This document shows positions 39,995 through 51,688 of a stretch of 64,000 bases of DNA, one piece after another; position 1 is the stretch's first letter; each line of letters starts with the position of its first letter. This DNA is from Lama guanicoe. Lineage: Eukaryota. The notes beneath the pieces were generated by a model. That model did no database searches. It was not told where the DNA came from and was given only the letters and a program-made list of their open reading frames with translations. Location: NCBI GenBank assembly GCA_013239625.1, contig MU053652.1:310001-374000 (forward strand). Reading direction: 5' to 3'. The position numbers were made by a program, and so were the translations under genes.

Positions 39995-40139
39995 CTTTAT
40001 TTTTTTATTTTATTTTTTGGGGGTGAGGGGGAAGTAATTAAGTTTTTATTTCTTTATTTTAATGGCGGTACTAGGGATTGAACCCAGGACCTTGTGCATG
40101 CTAAGCATGTGCTCTACCACTGAGCTATACCCTCCTCCC
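39995..40139 (-). mobile_element. tRNA-Ala-derived camelid SINE (vic-1 type)
   Basis: Minus strand reads GGAGGGTATAGCTCAGTGGTAGAGCACATGCTTAGCATGCACAAGGTCCTGGGTTCAATCCCTAGTACC, followed by an AT-rich body and A tail. Confidence 0.9.
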
Positions 40140-40569
40140 TTAACGATCTTCTTTCCTTTGATTATTTTAGAGGGTTTTTCCTCTCAGCATCTATTACTTA
40201 TTACTGCTGCGTAACAGGAGAGCTGGCTTCGCGGCTCACTGAAGCCAGACAGCCGTGGTTTGTGCCACACTTAGGTGTTAGGGTGATATTACAGGGGATC
40301 TTTTTGGTTTGCTATAATAAGCCTAATTTTCCACGGGGAAAGAGGCTGAGAGATTTTCGTTTTGCAATATACTTACTGAGAGAAACTGGCCCACACCACT
40401 GAGGGGCAGAAGGAGTGTAGCTGGAATACCCCTGCCAGACCTCGACCTCCTGCCAATCCTTAACTAGGGAGTACGACAGATTAAGATGGATGCAAACTCT
40501 TTGCTAGCCTTCCTTTAGAGACTTGGAATCTACTACTGGCCTACTTGACCTTCAGGGTACGGCCAAAGT

Positions 40570-40955
40570 GGATGGTATGCTAGTTTCAAGGCCAGCTATG
40601 AAACATTCTGCCTTGGTCTCTCGGCACCCTGAATCATCAGGCAGTAAGTCTAATTACCCTGTTGGAGAGACCATGTAGGAGACTGAGACTACGTGGGGAG
40701 GGAAGGGGGCTCGGCTGAGCCCAGACTTAGAGCCATTCCTGCCAAGGTGTCAGGCATCTGAGTAAAGCCATCTTGAAAGGTCTAGACTAGACCAGTTGCC
40801 CTGGTCTAGTCTAGAGCCACCCTTTGGTTGATGCCATGTGGACAGAATTGTTCAGCTAATCTCTGCCCAAATTCTGGATCCACAGAATCACAAGATACAG
40901 TAAGTATTTTAAGCTACTAGGTTGGGTTAGTTTGTTCACAGAAACGTGACTGGAA
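40570..40955 (+). mobile_element. MLT1G/H-type MaLR LTR fragment
   Basis: ctggagagaccatg-like segment, gccaaggtgtcaggcatctgagtaaagccatcttg, ctgcccaaattctggatccacagaatca, ttttaagctactag. Confidence 0.7.
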
Positions 40956-41489
40956 GGTGAGCCAGTGCCCTCCTGTGAGTGCCTCTGACATAAGCAAGGG
41001 ACTAGAGTTAGAATCTAACTTTTCTGCAGCAGCATCTAGACGGGGCCCCCACAGAACCCCCTAGGGTGCCAGGACTAAGAGGCCTGCCCTGTGCATCACT
41101 GGGTGGGCTCCTAGTTGCCTACCTGGCAAGCACGGTAGCCATACTAAAGTAGGGTCCTCCTGGTGGGTAGCAGATCTTGTGCTTATGTCCAGCAAATAAA
41201 TAACTAAAAGGGAAATTGCTGTGTTATGAATATGTCCATTTCTAAGCTTTTTGATGCATACTGGCAAACTGTATTCCAGAAAGATCCTAGAAATTTCTAG
41301 TTCCTCCCACAGTGCCCCCTGCCCTGTCAGTGACACTGGGATTACCAACTGTGACAGTAACTGTGATCTTACCAGGAGTGTCACCCAGCTAGAAACCTGG
41401 GAACCTTCCTTTGCTCCTTTACCACTTCCTCTTACTCACCCGCTCCCAGCCAAGCAGTGATCATGTCCTGCCAATTCTATTCCTTCTTC

Positions 41490-41810
41490 ACCTATTGGTA
41501 CACTCTAAAAATATTTCTTGATCATCTACTATGTGCTAGAGATTATTCTACGTAATGGAGATACAGAAAACAAAAGATACAAAAATCCCTGCCCTCACAG
41601 AATATATCTTCCACTTGGGGAAAACAAAAAGAAACAAATTAACAGTGAAATTATATAAGATGTCAGAAGGTGATAAATACTACAGAGAAAAGTTAAGCAG
41701 AGAAAGGAGATAGGGTGTGGGGGAGGGGCTGCTGTTTTAAATAGGTAGTCAAGGAAGGATGCACTTAGGAGGTGAAATTCAAGCAGAGCCTTGAGCAAGG
41801 TGAGGGAGAA
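41490..41810 (-). mobile_element. L2 LINE 3' end
   Basis: atatttcttgatcatctactatgtgctag...aaaaatccctgccctcacaga...aggtagtcaaggaagg. Confidence 0.8.
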
Positions 41811-41837
41811 ATTATGCTTTTAAATAGCTACTGAACT

Positions 41838-42040
41838 GGGGGGAGGGAGTAGCTCAAGTAGTAGGGCACATGCTTAGCATGCAGGAGGTCCTGGGTTCAA
41901 TCCCCAGCACCTCCTCTAAAAATAAACAAACTCAATTAGCACCCAACCCCAAAATAATAATAGTTCACCATTAAGTCAGTTCTCAAGTCCCTTCTGAGTC
42001 ACCCACAGGCTGGATGGAAGATGTAAAAAAAATGAAAAAA
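41838..42040 (+). mobile_element. tRNA-Ala-derived camelid SINE (vic-1 type) with extra 3' segment and second A tail
   Basis: GGGGAGGGAGTAGCTCAAGTAGTAGGGCACATGCTTAGCATGCAGGAGGTCCTGGGTTCAATCCCCAGCACCTCC; CTACTGAAC repeated at 41828-41836 and 42042-42050. Confidence 0.88.
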
Positions 42041-43658
42041 TCTACTGAACCTATATCCAACTGCACTGCCATCATCCATCATCCTCGTTCAAGCCACCAC
42101 CGTCTTCCTCCTGGACCATCACTTGTCTCTCTGCCATCCATCCACCTTCTAATTCATCATCTACCATCCTCCCACAGTGATATTTCTCATGTCAAAACCT
42201 GATCCCACTCTGTTACTTACAATCCCTTAGTGGTTACCCCATACTCCTCAAGATAAACACTAAAAACTCATCTTCTACGAGTCCCCAAGTCCATCTCCAA
42301 CCTTGTGTCCCTTAAGTCCCCCAGAGAACCATAGCTACTTTTTGTTCATTCCATAAAGCAGGGCCTTGAACTTCTAAAAATCTTCTTAAACTTCTCTTTT
42401 CTCATTCCACAAAGAAAATATTGGGGTTTTATTTTTGTGGTTGGTTCCTTTTTATCTGGGTTTGAGATGCATTTTAGAGCACCTGGCTCCCTTTAAAAGA
42501 GCCATTCATTCAGAAAGGGTAGGTTTGAGGACAGGATGAAACTCTCGAATCAGTAAGGTAAAAGCTAATCATGCAAATGAGGGACGTTTGTAGCTTAACT
42601 AAGTCAGGGTCTGCAGTGATACATTATTAATAAGCTATGGGCTGGTGGTGTGGCCCTGGATATTAATAGGATAAGCTAGATGGACTCTAAATCTTGGTAT
42701 AATAAGGGTACCAAGATCTGTACCCTTGGACAGGGAGCCAGTCTGCACCAGCAGCAGGGTCAGGTTGGGGGCTCTATGTACTAGTTCATGGTGTCTCTGA
42801 GCCAGGCTTCCTGATTGTGAGTGGAGTGGGGCACTTAGTGGGTCGGAGAAGCACTGTATCACTGGGGCTGAGCCCAGCCTTATTTCCAGTGGGCCTAGTT
42901 AGTATCCTTGTGGCTCGGAGGCAGGTTGGGACTACAGCCTGGGTCCTGCCTTGCAAATTCAACTTGTAGGTCCCAAGGTTGTATTGGTCGCTCAGTGTAA
43001 AGCTGTGTCCACAACTAGAAAGACGACCAGTCGGTAGATGTCCTATTGTGGGGATTAGAGATTGACACTAACACAGCATCTGAAGGGCGGGATATTAATG
43101 AGGGGTAGGATAGCCCAATCAGGTGGCTCCCTGAGAAACGCTGTCCCCAAAGACCAGATTCGGGGGCATCCTTCCAAAACCTGTTTCTCCAGAGGTGGCT
43201 GTGGTAAACTTTTAAAGTATTGCCACTTAAATCTGAAGAGTACCAGAGATTGGTTAATTACCATGAAGGGGTAAAAATCAGTAAAGTCAGTACTTGACAG
43301 CTATTGAACAGCATTTTGATCCCTGATCTCTCATAATTACAGAGAATTCTGTCTTCAGATCTGACTAGAAGACGAGTCTGACCCTGCTGTCAAAATACTG
43401 CTGTGTTTGCCTTGGAGTGAACATCCCAAAAACAGTGCTGATCGGAGAGGAGGGACAGATAGTGGGGACTTGGCTGAACTCACAGAGCAGACTGAAAGAT
43501 GACTTCCGTCCTTGCATGCTAAATGTCTGCAGCAAACCACCTGCTAGCCAAGTTGTGGCGAGGAGGTAGACTGTTCCTCCTTACTTCTTATGGTTGAAGG
43601 CTACTGACGTTTACCAAAGGACCCTCGCAAATAGTAACGTCAAATTGGCTTAGATCTG

Positions 43659-44189
43659 TGCTGCGGCCTGAATGTTTGTATTCTCCTGAAGTTTTTTTAT
43701 TAAAAAAAAATTTTTTTTTGAATTTTGGGTGTTTTTAGGGGGAGAGATGATTAGGTTTATTTATTTATTTAATGGAAGTACTGGGGATTGAACTCAGGAC
43801 CTCATGCAAGCTAAACACGCACTCAACCACTGAACTACACCATCCCCTCCTCCCAAAGTTTATATATTAAAATCTTAATCTCTAATGCGATGATATGGGG
43901 AGGTGGGGGTCTTTGGGATGTGCTTAGGTCATGAGGGTGGAGCCCTCATAAAGAGGATCGGTGCCCTTAAAGACAGCCCCACTGAGCTTTCCAGTTCCTT
44001 TCGCCATGTGGGGACATAGCGAGAAGGTGCCATCTATGAACCAGAAAGCGGGCCCTCACCAGACACCAAATCTGCCGGTGCCTTGATCTTGGACTTCCCA
44101 GCTTCCAGAACCATGAGAAATGAACTTCTGTTGCTTATAACTGACCCAGTCTCTGGTATTTTGTTATAACAGCCAGATGGACTAAAACA
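43659..44189 (+). mobile_element. MLT1A0-type MaLR LTR interrupted by a SINE
   Basis: tgctgcggcctgaatgtttgt...ttaggtcatgagggtggagccctcat...ccttgatcttggacttcccagcttccagaacc...ggactaaaaca. Confidence 0.9.
43695..43847 (-). mobile_element. tRNA-Ala-derived camelid SINE (vic-1 type) nested in MLT1A0
   Basis: Minus strand reads GGGGATGGTGTAGTTCAGTGGTTGAGTGCGTGTTTAGCTTGCATGAGGTCCTGAGTTCAATCCCCAGTACTTCC; flanked by ttctcctgaagttt / tcctcccaaagttt. Confidence 0.88.
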
Positions 44190-45257
44190 GTCAGTCCTCA
44201 ATGGAGGGGTAGAAAATGGGATGAATTACTCAGATACTCTTACTTTCCTTCTGAACTCTGGGTACGGTTTGGGACAGTGTGTAACCATCCCGGGGGTCTT
44301 CTGGAGCATGACCCACACCACAACTGACTGCATCCAGAAGACATGAAAATGAAAATCCAAGAAAATGGTAACAGTTAATGAAACTGCAAAACTTAAGGAT
44401 TTCTGTAACCCCTGTGAAAATACTTTAAGGTTTGCTATATCGGAGATGAGTGAATTGCAGCTCTTTAAGTACCAAAAGGCCTAGTACCTTGTGCTTTATT
44501 AGTCTCTTAAAACTGGCTGAGTTAACAGCATTTCAGTGTTATGTGTCCTTGTTTTGAAATTGCAACTTCACATCTCCTTCAAAGCCGTTAACATTTACTT
44601 CCATTGGGACATCAGAAAAATACAAGGAGCTCTGAGCTGTTGGAGAAGAGGGTAAGATAAACAGAAATAGATTTTTTTTTCTCTCAGTCTTTTTTCCTGT
44701 TTTGGTGAATGGGCCTGGGTTGTCAGAGGATAAAAATTCAGTTCTGGGGGCTGGCATTGAAGGGCACTGTGATGGAAAGCTTCCAAAGAGAAAGGGGTCA
44801 GTCCAGTGAGATGAACAGACCTCACTGAAAATGTAGAGATTTTAAGCTTTAATAACTGTTAATTACAAAAGAAAATAATTTTTTCTCTCTATGTACTGAC
44901 ATCTATAGAAGACTTCTTATGAATAGTTAGGAACACTGAACTAAGACCTACGTATGTGATTCACTAATATTACAGGAGTTAAAATGAAGGTGTCAGAAAA
45001 AGCCAAAGACATAAACTAGGGGGCTCCAGGGTCACTCCTTGAGTGAACAACACATCTCTGTTGCCTCCATCTCTAGGGCCCATGTCCTGACTGAGCACCT
45101 GACGCTGGCAAAGCACCACCTCCTCCCCCTTGAGCCTCTAAATTTGGCTCCTGTTCCCATCACTTCACTCAAATAGTTTTCTTTGACATAGTAACTTCAT
45201 CCTTCTTCAAAATGCCCTTGATCTTTCCGTTCCCCTCATCATGGTCAGTCTCTGTTA

Positions 45258-45620
45258 TGTACATTAGTTAGGACAGGCAAGGCTATGCTGTAGTAACAAA
45301 CAGCCCACAATTTTCAATGGCCTAAAACAACAAAGATTCATTTTATGCTTACATCATATGTCCACTGTAGGTCAGCTGGGGCTCTGCATCTTCCTCCCTC
45401 TGGGACCCACACACACTGAGCAGTCATTGTCTGGAATGTTACCGGATGTTGTGGCAGAGGGAGCAGTGAGCTCTGGAGGGTTGCAAACAGGTAATTAAAA
45501 GCTTTGGCTGGGAAGTGATACATCTGTATTCATAATTCATTGGCCACACTAATCATACGGTCCCACGCAAACACAAAGGAGCCAGGAAATGAAATCCTAC
45601 TATATTCCTGGAAAGTAGAA
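45258..45620 (-). mobile_element. Old MLT1 (J-L type) LTR
   Basis: ggctatgctgtagtaacaaacagccc...aatggcctaaaacaacaaag...cattggccacactaatcatacggtccca. Confidence 0.7.
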
Positions 45621-47499
45621 AGCAAGAAATATTAAGAATCTGATTAAAATCTCAGACTTTTATTTCACAGACTACACTAACAAGCCATCCCTCCAAATGC
45701 TGCATACATGTAATCCCAGGAGATTCAAAGGTCCCATGTATCCACTGACTCCCAGCAAGGTTTAGAACAAATAATTAAAGGAAGACCACTATGCTGGGCC
45801 TCCTCCCTCACTAATTTTCCCTCTCGACTAGCTTTCCTAACCGTACTCTGCCAATCCTTCTTCTGAGTTATCTTTCTTGCTTAGTTTTTTCTTCTTTATT
45901 TGAACTGTAGGGTTTGTCAAAATGTACTCCTTCATCTCTAGTACCCCCCACCCTATCCCAAGCTCTACACTTTCTTCAAGACTGAAGTCCAGTTCCAACC
46001 CCTCCATTAAGCTGTATCTGGCTAACAGTAGCCTATAACCTTATTCTTTTCTCTGAATTCCTCAGCTATTTAGTCTGAACCACAGAATGGAACTTTCAGC
46101 ACCGTGCTGGCTTGCAATATTCCGCAGCTGATTCACATCTGTTGCCCTCTCCTTTCCATGTCTTCTTTCTTACCCCTTCACTTGGCAGCCTGATGGCGTC
46201 GGGCACATTTAGGATCCTGAATGCATGCTCCCTGGGATGAGCAGTTAGGAGACCTGGGTGCTGGCCCTGCCTGTCACTAAGTGCCCCCACTCTCTTCTCT
46301 TAGAATTCCTCGCCTGATCCTCAGAAAAGGAGATGGTTGGGACAAAAGCTCTCCAAAGTTCTATCCAGCACTTATGAATCCACAAGAGGGTGTTACTGAG
46401 GAATTACTTGTTGTCATCTCTTCACCCTAAATGAGAATCAAGACTCTCTCCCTCTGCCACCCCATGGGAGTCTTTCTGGGGATTGTCCTTGGGGCCCAGT
46501 GAGGCAGAAAAGAGGAGGGAAGATAGGGGACTCCCACAAGCAGGCTACTGTTTTGAAAGGTTTAGGCTTGGGCAAGGACCTTGGATCTCCCAGTGGTCAA
46601 AATAAGAGATTTTGGCATTTGAAAGAAAGAGGGGAGAATTGACCAGCCTGGAGTGCTGAATCCCCCAAAGCTGAGGAGAGAGACAGAGGCCCTAGATTCC
46701 ATGGTGATGCCAACCAGCACCTAACTCAGCACCTTCCAGTGAGTAGGACCCTGGGTGGGGGTGACGGGGTGGGGGCATCACCTGTGGAGGCTGGACAATG
46801 AAGCCTGGGCACACCGGAGAAGACTTCCACATTCAGAGCTGTGGCACCCCAGGGCAGCTGGCATCCGGAGCAGGGGTGACAAAGTGATCAGGAGGCACCG
46901 ACGACCATACTGTCTTCACAGAAGGTTCCCCTTCCCCACCCCAGGAGGAAACACACAAAGTTACTGCAGTTGGACTTTGGCCGAGAAGGGTAAGTGAGAG
47001 CTAGAGTTAGATTTGGAAAAAAGAATGTTTAGAAGTGACACTTTTCTCACCTCAGTTTCACGGAGCAGTTTGTGACTTAGAGAGCCAGGCTCTGACATTC
47101 CTCAGCAGAAGGCCATCTCATTTGTTAAGGCCTGGTCCCTAAAGGCTACTGGAACCTCCAGAGTTTAATGAGAGGCACATAACACGCTGGCAGGCAATGC
47201 GATGCAAACTCACCTATAGCCCGAAAGGAGGCAGGTTTGAGGAAGCAGACACCGAGGGCAGGTGTCCTGTGTGGGAGAGGGGGTGGAAATGCTGGAGGAA
47301 CAAAATCAGGAAGCGCTGTTCAGCAGGCGGGGCCTCAGGCCTAAATCCTGGGCTCCATCCGACAACACCTAGGCCTTCACAACAGCAGGGCCTGTCAGGG
47401 TGGCTGTGTTCCTATGCCACATAAACAGAGTAGGTTTTCCAGATATTGGGTCAATGGCATATCAAAGAAACAGACAAGATACCTTTATTAGAATATTAT

Positions 47500-47720
47500 T
47501 TATTATGTATACATAGTACTTATTACGTTCCAGGCACTGAACACCCTTCTCTTACTTTATAGAGCAACAGTGTTGGACTGAGCTATTATTATTACTTCAC
47601 AGATGAAGAAACTGAGGCTTAGGGTGTTTGGTAACTTGTACAACAGCAAACCACTTGTAAAAGGCCGAAGTGACATTCTGAGCCAAGGCAGAGCATATTC
47701 TAAAACCTGAGCATTAAGCC
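47500..47720 (-). mobile_element. MIR SINE
   Basis: attattattacttcacagatgaagaaactgaggcttaggg...taacttg. Confidence 0.65.
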
Positions 47721-49197
47721 CCCTTGGCCGAGGTGTGGGTCCCTTCTGGGGCTCCAGCTGGCTGAGCTCAGCCCCTGTGCCGAAGGGCTTTGTTTCCAAG
47801 AATTATTCTGATTTGCTGGCCACGGGGGGTGGGTGGGTGGGGGTGGGGCCTCAGGCAGTAGGGGGCTGAGGCGGAGCAGAGGAGAAAGGCAGGTAGCCCC
47901 AAATTCAGTTCGGGAATGGCTCCCTCTGGGGGCCACAGGAGAGGACAAAGCAAATGGAGGTGTCAAACTACCAGAGAATGTCACTTGGAACTCCAATGGC
48001 TGTGTGAGGGACTCTCCCTTTGCCACACAGGATGAGAAGTTTGGCCCAGGACAGAGAACAGAGAAGGTTCCAAAAATGAACCCAGGTGTCAGCATCGGCC
48101 TGGGGTCCGGTCCTTCATCTGAGCCTTAGTTTCCTGTGGAAAGTAGGGATGCTCATAGTACCTGTCTCATAGGATTTCTGTGAGGATTAAATGGAAGTTT
48201 ATGGTAGCGTTTAGCACAGCATCTGACACACGTTCAGTGTTCAGCAAATGGCATCTATAATAATGTAATAGCAATCATAAAACAGAAACCAGGTACCAAG
48301 GGGTCCCTGCTCTGTCACAGTAAATAAATTCTTGTGCAAGAAAACTTAGCCTGGTAGGTAACTAAATAAGTTTGGGAAGAGGAGAGTGCCAATTTTTCTC
48401 CTCCTAGAGTATCTATTTGCAAAGTCAGCAGGAATCTGAGGCCACATTTCTAAATGAGATTGAATATAACAACTATGCTCACCTGACAGCACCTTTCCCC
48501 CCCGCCATTGTACGTACATAAATATATACGTTAAAAAAATACACGTGCAGCTCTTACAGGTCATTGCATTCTCGGGTTCCCAGGGACTCCTGCTCCAGGT
48601 GTGTGAATGACCCAGTGATATTTTTAATTACAGGCGTAAGTCTCTGGCCCAGGTACGCACCTCAGACCTGTCACACTGTGTCACACTCACACCTAGCTCC
48701 ATTAGCAGAAATGCTTCTCTGGGGTTTGCAGCTTAATTCACTTTTAAAGATATTTCCAGCTTAATTCCAGGGCCTTTTGCATCTCATCACACGCTTGCTA
48801 ATTAGCTCTATCTCATTACACCCCAGCCCAGTTGGAATAGGATTAGTTGTTTTCAGGTGTAAACCCGTGGTGCGCCTCCTATTACACCTCTTCAAAATTC
48901 CAGGCAGGCCTTCTGCCTCAGCCGAATTAGGACAACCACTTCCAGCTGTGTACACTTCATTACAACTTCCAATTCAGGAAGAATCTCTGCTGCATTTCAC
49001 ATCTGGTCATATGCCTATTAATTATGCACTTCTTAGAACAACTGTGCCTAATTAGGACGGAGTCGAGACCTTTGCTGAGCCCAGTCATCCTTTGTTTTCT
49101 TGTTCTCAGTACCTCATTACCCTCCCTCCAAATTATGTCCAATTTGTTTTACATCCTTGCCACATTAAGACAATTGCTCTCAGGTGTGTGTATTATC

Positions 49198-49201
49198 GCA
49201 C

Positions 49202-49244
<43 letters not shown>
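49198..49244 (+). repeat. (CA)n microsatellite with CG interruptions
   Basis: Read directly from the sequence. Confidence 0.95.
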
Positions 49245-51629
49245 TAATGCTTTTCAAGCAAAATTTTGTTAATCAGGACGCTCCTTGTTTGCACATCCTG
49301 CTAGAATGACAGCCATTTTGCTGGTCTTTTCATCAGATTTGCCTCCGATGGAGTGAAGTCAAGCTTGGGCTTGTCGAACCCTGGGTTCCCTCTGGCGTTT
49401 CCTGTGAGATTTCTGTGCCCTGGTTCTGGGGAGGCAGCCACAGCCACGTCTCAGAGCAAGAATCCTGGACATAATGGCCTTGGTACATTCATGGAACCTG
49501 TGAGGCAGGAGTCTATTTCCATCAACAAACGGTCAAGGGTGAACTTCCCAGCTCTTTGCTAGTTAAGGAGGGAACAGTGAGATACAGTCTTGGGCTTCCA
49601 AAAGGGCAAAGCTCAGAAGAGGGTAGCAGGGCGTTGGGCTGAAGATGTCAGTCCTCCACCCTATCAGATGTCTTCCTAAATGAAAGGGTAGCCTTGGGCA
49701 ATATGGACTCTGGGGAGGGCAAGATCTGAGCAGAAGTTGTATGACTCTTCATCAGACGAGAAGTACACGCTCCGTGTCCCACAAGGGGCTGTCTCTTTTG
49801 CTTACCGTTGTATGAATCTGGATCAGGATTTGTTACTGCTGTAACAGGCAATTAGATCTTTTGGACTGACTGAACGCACGCCTTAGGGCTAAGACATTCA
49901 CGGATATGACTTGACAGTAATAATGATTAGGCTTTGGTTGCCAATTCAACTTGGCTGAATTTGAGATTTTCTTCTCAAGCTATTTGAAACATAAATTAAT
50001 GCCTGTCTGGCTAAGAAAACATTCAGGCAAGAATGAGGTCTTGGAGAGGAGCAGGAGCTCCTGTGACTGAGGTCACTCTGCGGAGGGCAGTAATTCCAGG
50101 TGGACGGCCCCTCGCCACGTTCTGCAAGACTGACTGTCTCAAGGGTATGGGCTGTGGGAACTTAGGCCTGGTCCTACCACTGACTTTAAGCTGACTTGCT
50201 TGCTTGTCTTTCACAGTTTGGAAGCAGGGGCCCTCTTTGGCCAAGGGCTACCTGAGGAACGTGTATCTTTGTTCATTATCTAATCAGCAGAGATGTAATC
50301 ATATGTGAGAGGGGGAAAGTTCTACTTGGGCAATAAGATGAAAAAATCCATTGTGAAGCAGGAATAACAACACTGTACTAGGATGAAAAGTCCCTGAGAG
50401 AAACTGTATCCAGAGCACAGGTGAAAATGAGTGCTTGCGGGGAGAACGACACAATATCATCCAGAGTACTGCTTATAAATTAAGAGGTGTAATGACAAGT
50501 GATAATACAATAATCAAAAGTAACAAAACAGTGAAGAAGAAACCACCATCAGTAGTTCTGAGAACACAATTTGCCAAAATATATCAAGAGCTGGAGCCAA
50601 TCTGAATTCAATTCCTTCTTTAAGGAATCTAGTCTAAGGAAGGCTAAGTTGAGACTCCTTTACTGTTTATTTTCCAGTCCCTTGGGTATGGAAGGAAAGA
50701 AAGTATTCACAACATGGCTGCATTAAGGAATGGGAGGTATTAGGTACCAAAGAGGAGGAGACAGTGACAATGAGAGAAGGCAGCTGTTCCTGGGGGCAGC
50801 TACTGCTTATGGAACTAGTTCTCTGATGTCCAGGCTGGATCTCACCTCAAAGCCCTCCTTCCTCGTGCTCACGTCTCTTGCCCACCTCAGGATCGGTCCT
50901 CGTGAGCCTTCTCCATGCCGACAGTGCTGACAGTAATGTAGGCAGCATGCCACATGCGTCCACTCTCTGTCGCTTTGTAGAAGAACAAGATAGCAATTTG
51001 CTTTGTTTTAGTGCTCTTTCTGGGGAGGCCTATTTGATTGGCATTTTAGCTGCAGCAGCACATTTAGGGAGTGGTCTTCATGGCTAGAGTGAACTCTTGT
51101 GGCTACCTACCAGCAGGCATGTTTGTTGGAGCTCGTGAGTGATTTCCAGTCATGGCTGTGAACAGCAAAAAAGCAGTCCCACAAAACATCCCCAGAGTAG
51201 CACGGCAACATGTGGAAATCTCCACTGTGCCCTAAATGACGGTCGGTTCTGAGGTGGCTGTGCCCTGCTCATCCGCATCCACTTGCCCATCCACCATTGA
51301 CTTCTAGTGATGTTGTGTATTTTCCCATGATTGTCTCCACATAGATTCATCTTCTTTCCAAATGGTCCTCTGAAGTTACAGATTTATAACATCCTTTCCC
51401 GAGTCCCGTGGAAGACAGGACCATCCTCCAACTGCCTGCTGAATTCCCTTCACAGCTGCCCCTCTGGCCTGGTTTCCGACTGAGCCCTGCACACACATCT
51501 CTTAAGGTTCTGGTTGGCATCCAGCTCCCATATGCCTTCGGGGTGGGTAATAAGGGTGTCCTCATTATCTAGCATCCGCCCACATGCCTGGCAGCCCTGG
51601 GCACATCCTGGGCTCTCACGGAATGTTGC

Positions 51630-51688
51630 TGAATAAAAACAAGAAAGACAACACACAATGTTTCAGGTTCTTGAAATATTTTTTTAAT
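51630..51688 (-). terminator. EXOC4: EXOC4 polyadenylation signal (ATTAAA, 51688-51683) with GU/U-rich downstream element
   Basis: Minus strand reads ATTAAA aaaatatttcaagaacctgaaaca TTGTGTGTTGTCTTTCTTGTTTTT, the canonical signal / cleavage site / downstream element layout. Confidence 0.75.

Noticed and set aside
40062..40135. tRNA-Ala(AGC) gene
   Set aside because: It has A/B boxes and an anticodon arm, but it continues into a SINE body and A tail shared with two other copies, so it is a SINE head.
42600..43060. Old ERVL LTR (MER54/MER74-like)
   Set aside because: The resemblance is too weak to define family or boundaries without an HMM search.
50666..50671. Distal AATAAA for EXOC4
   Set aside because: It has no clear GU-rich downstream element, so the ATTAAA site is better supported.
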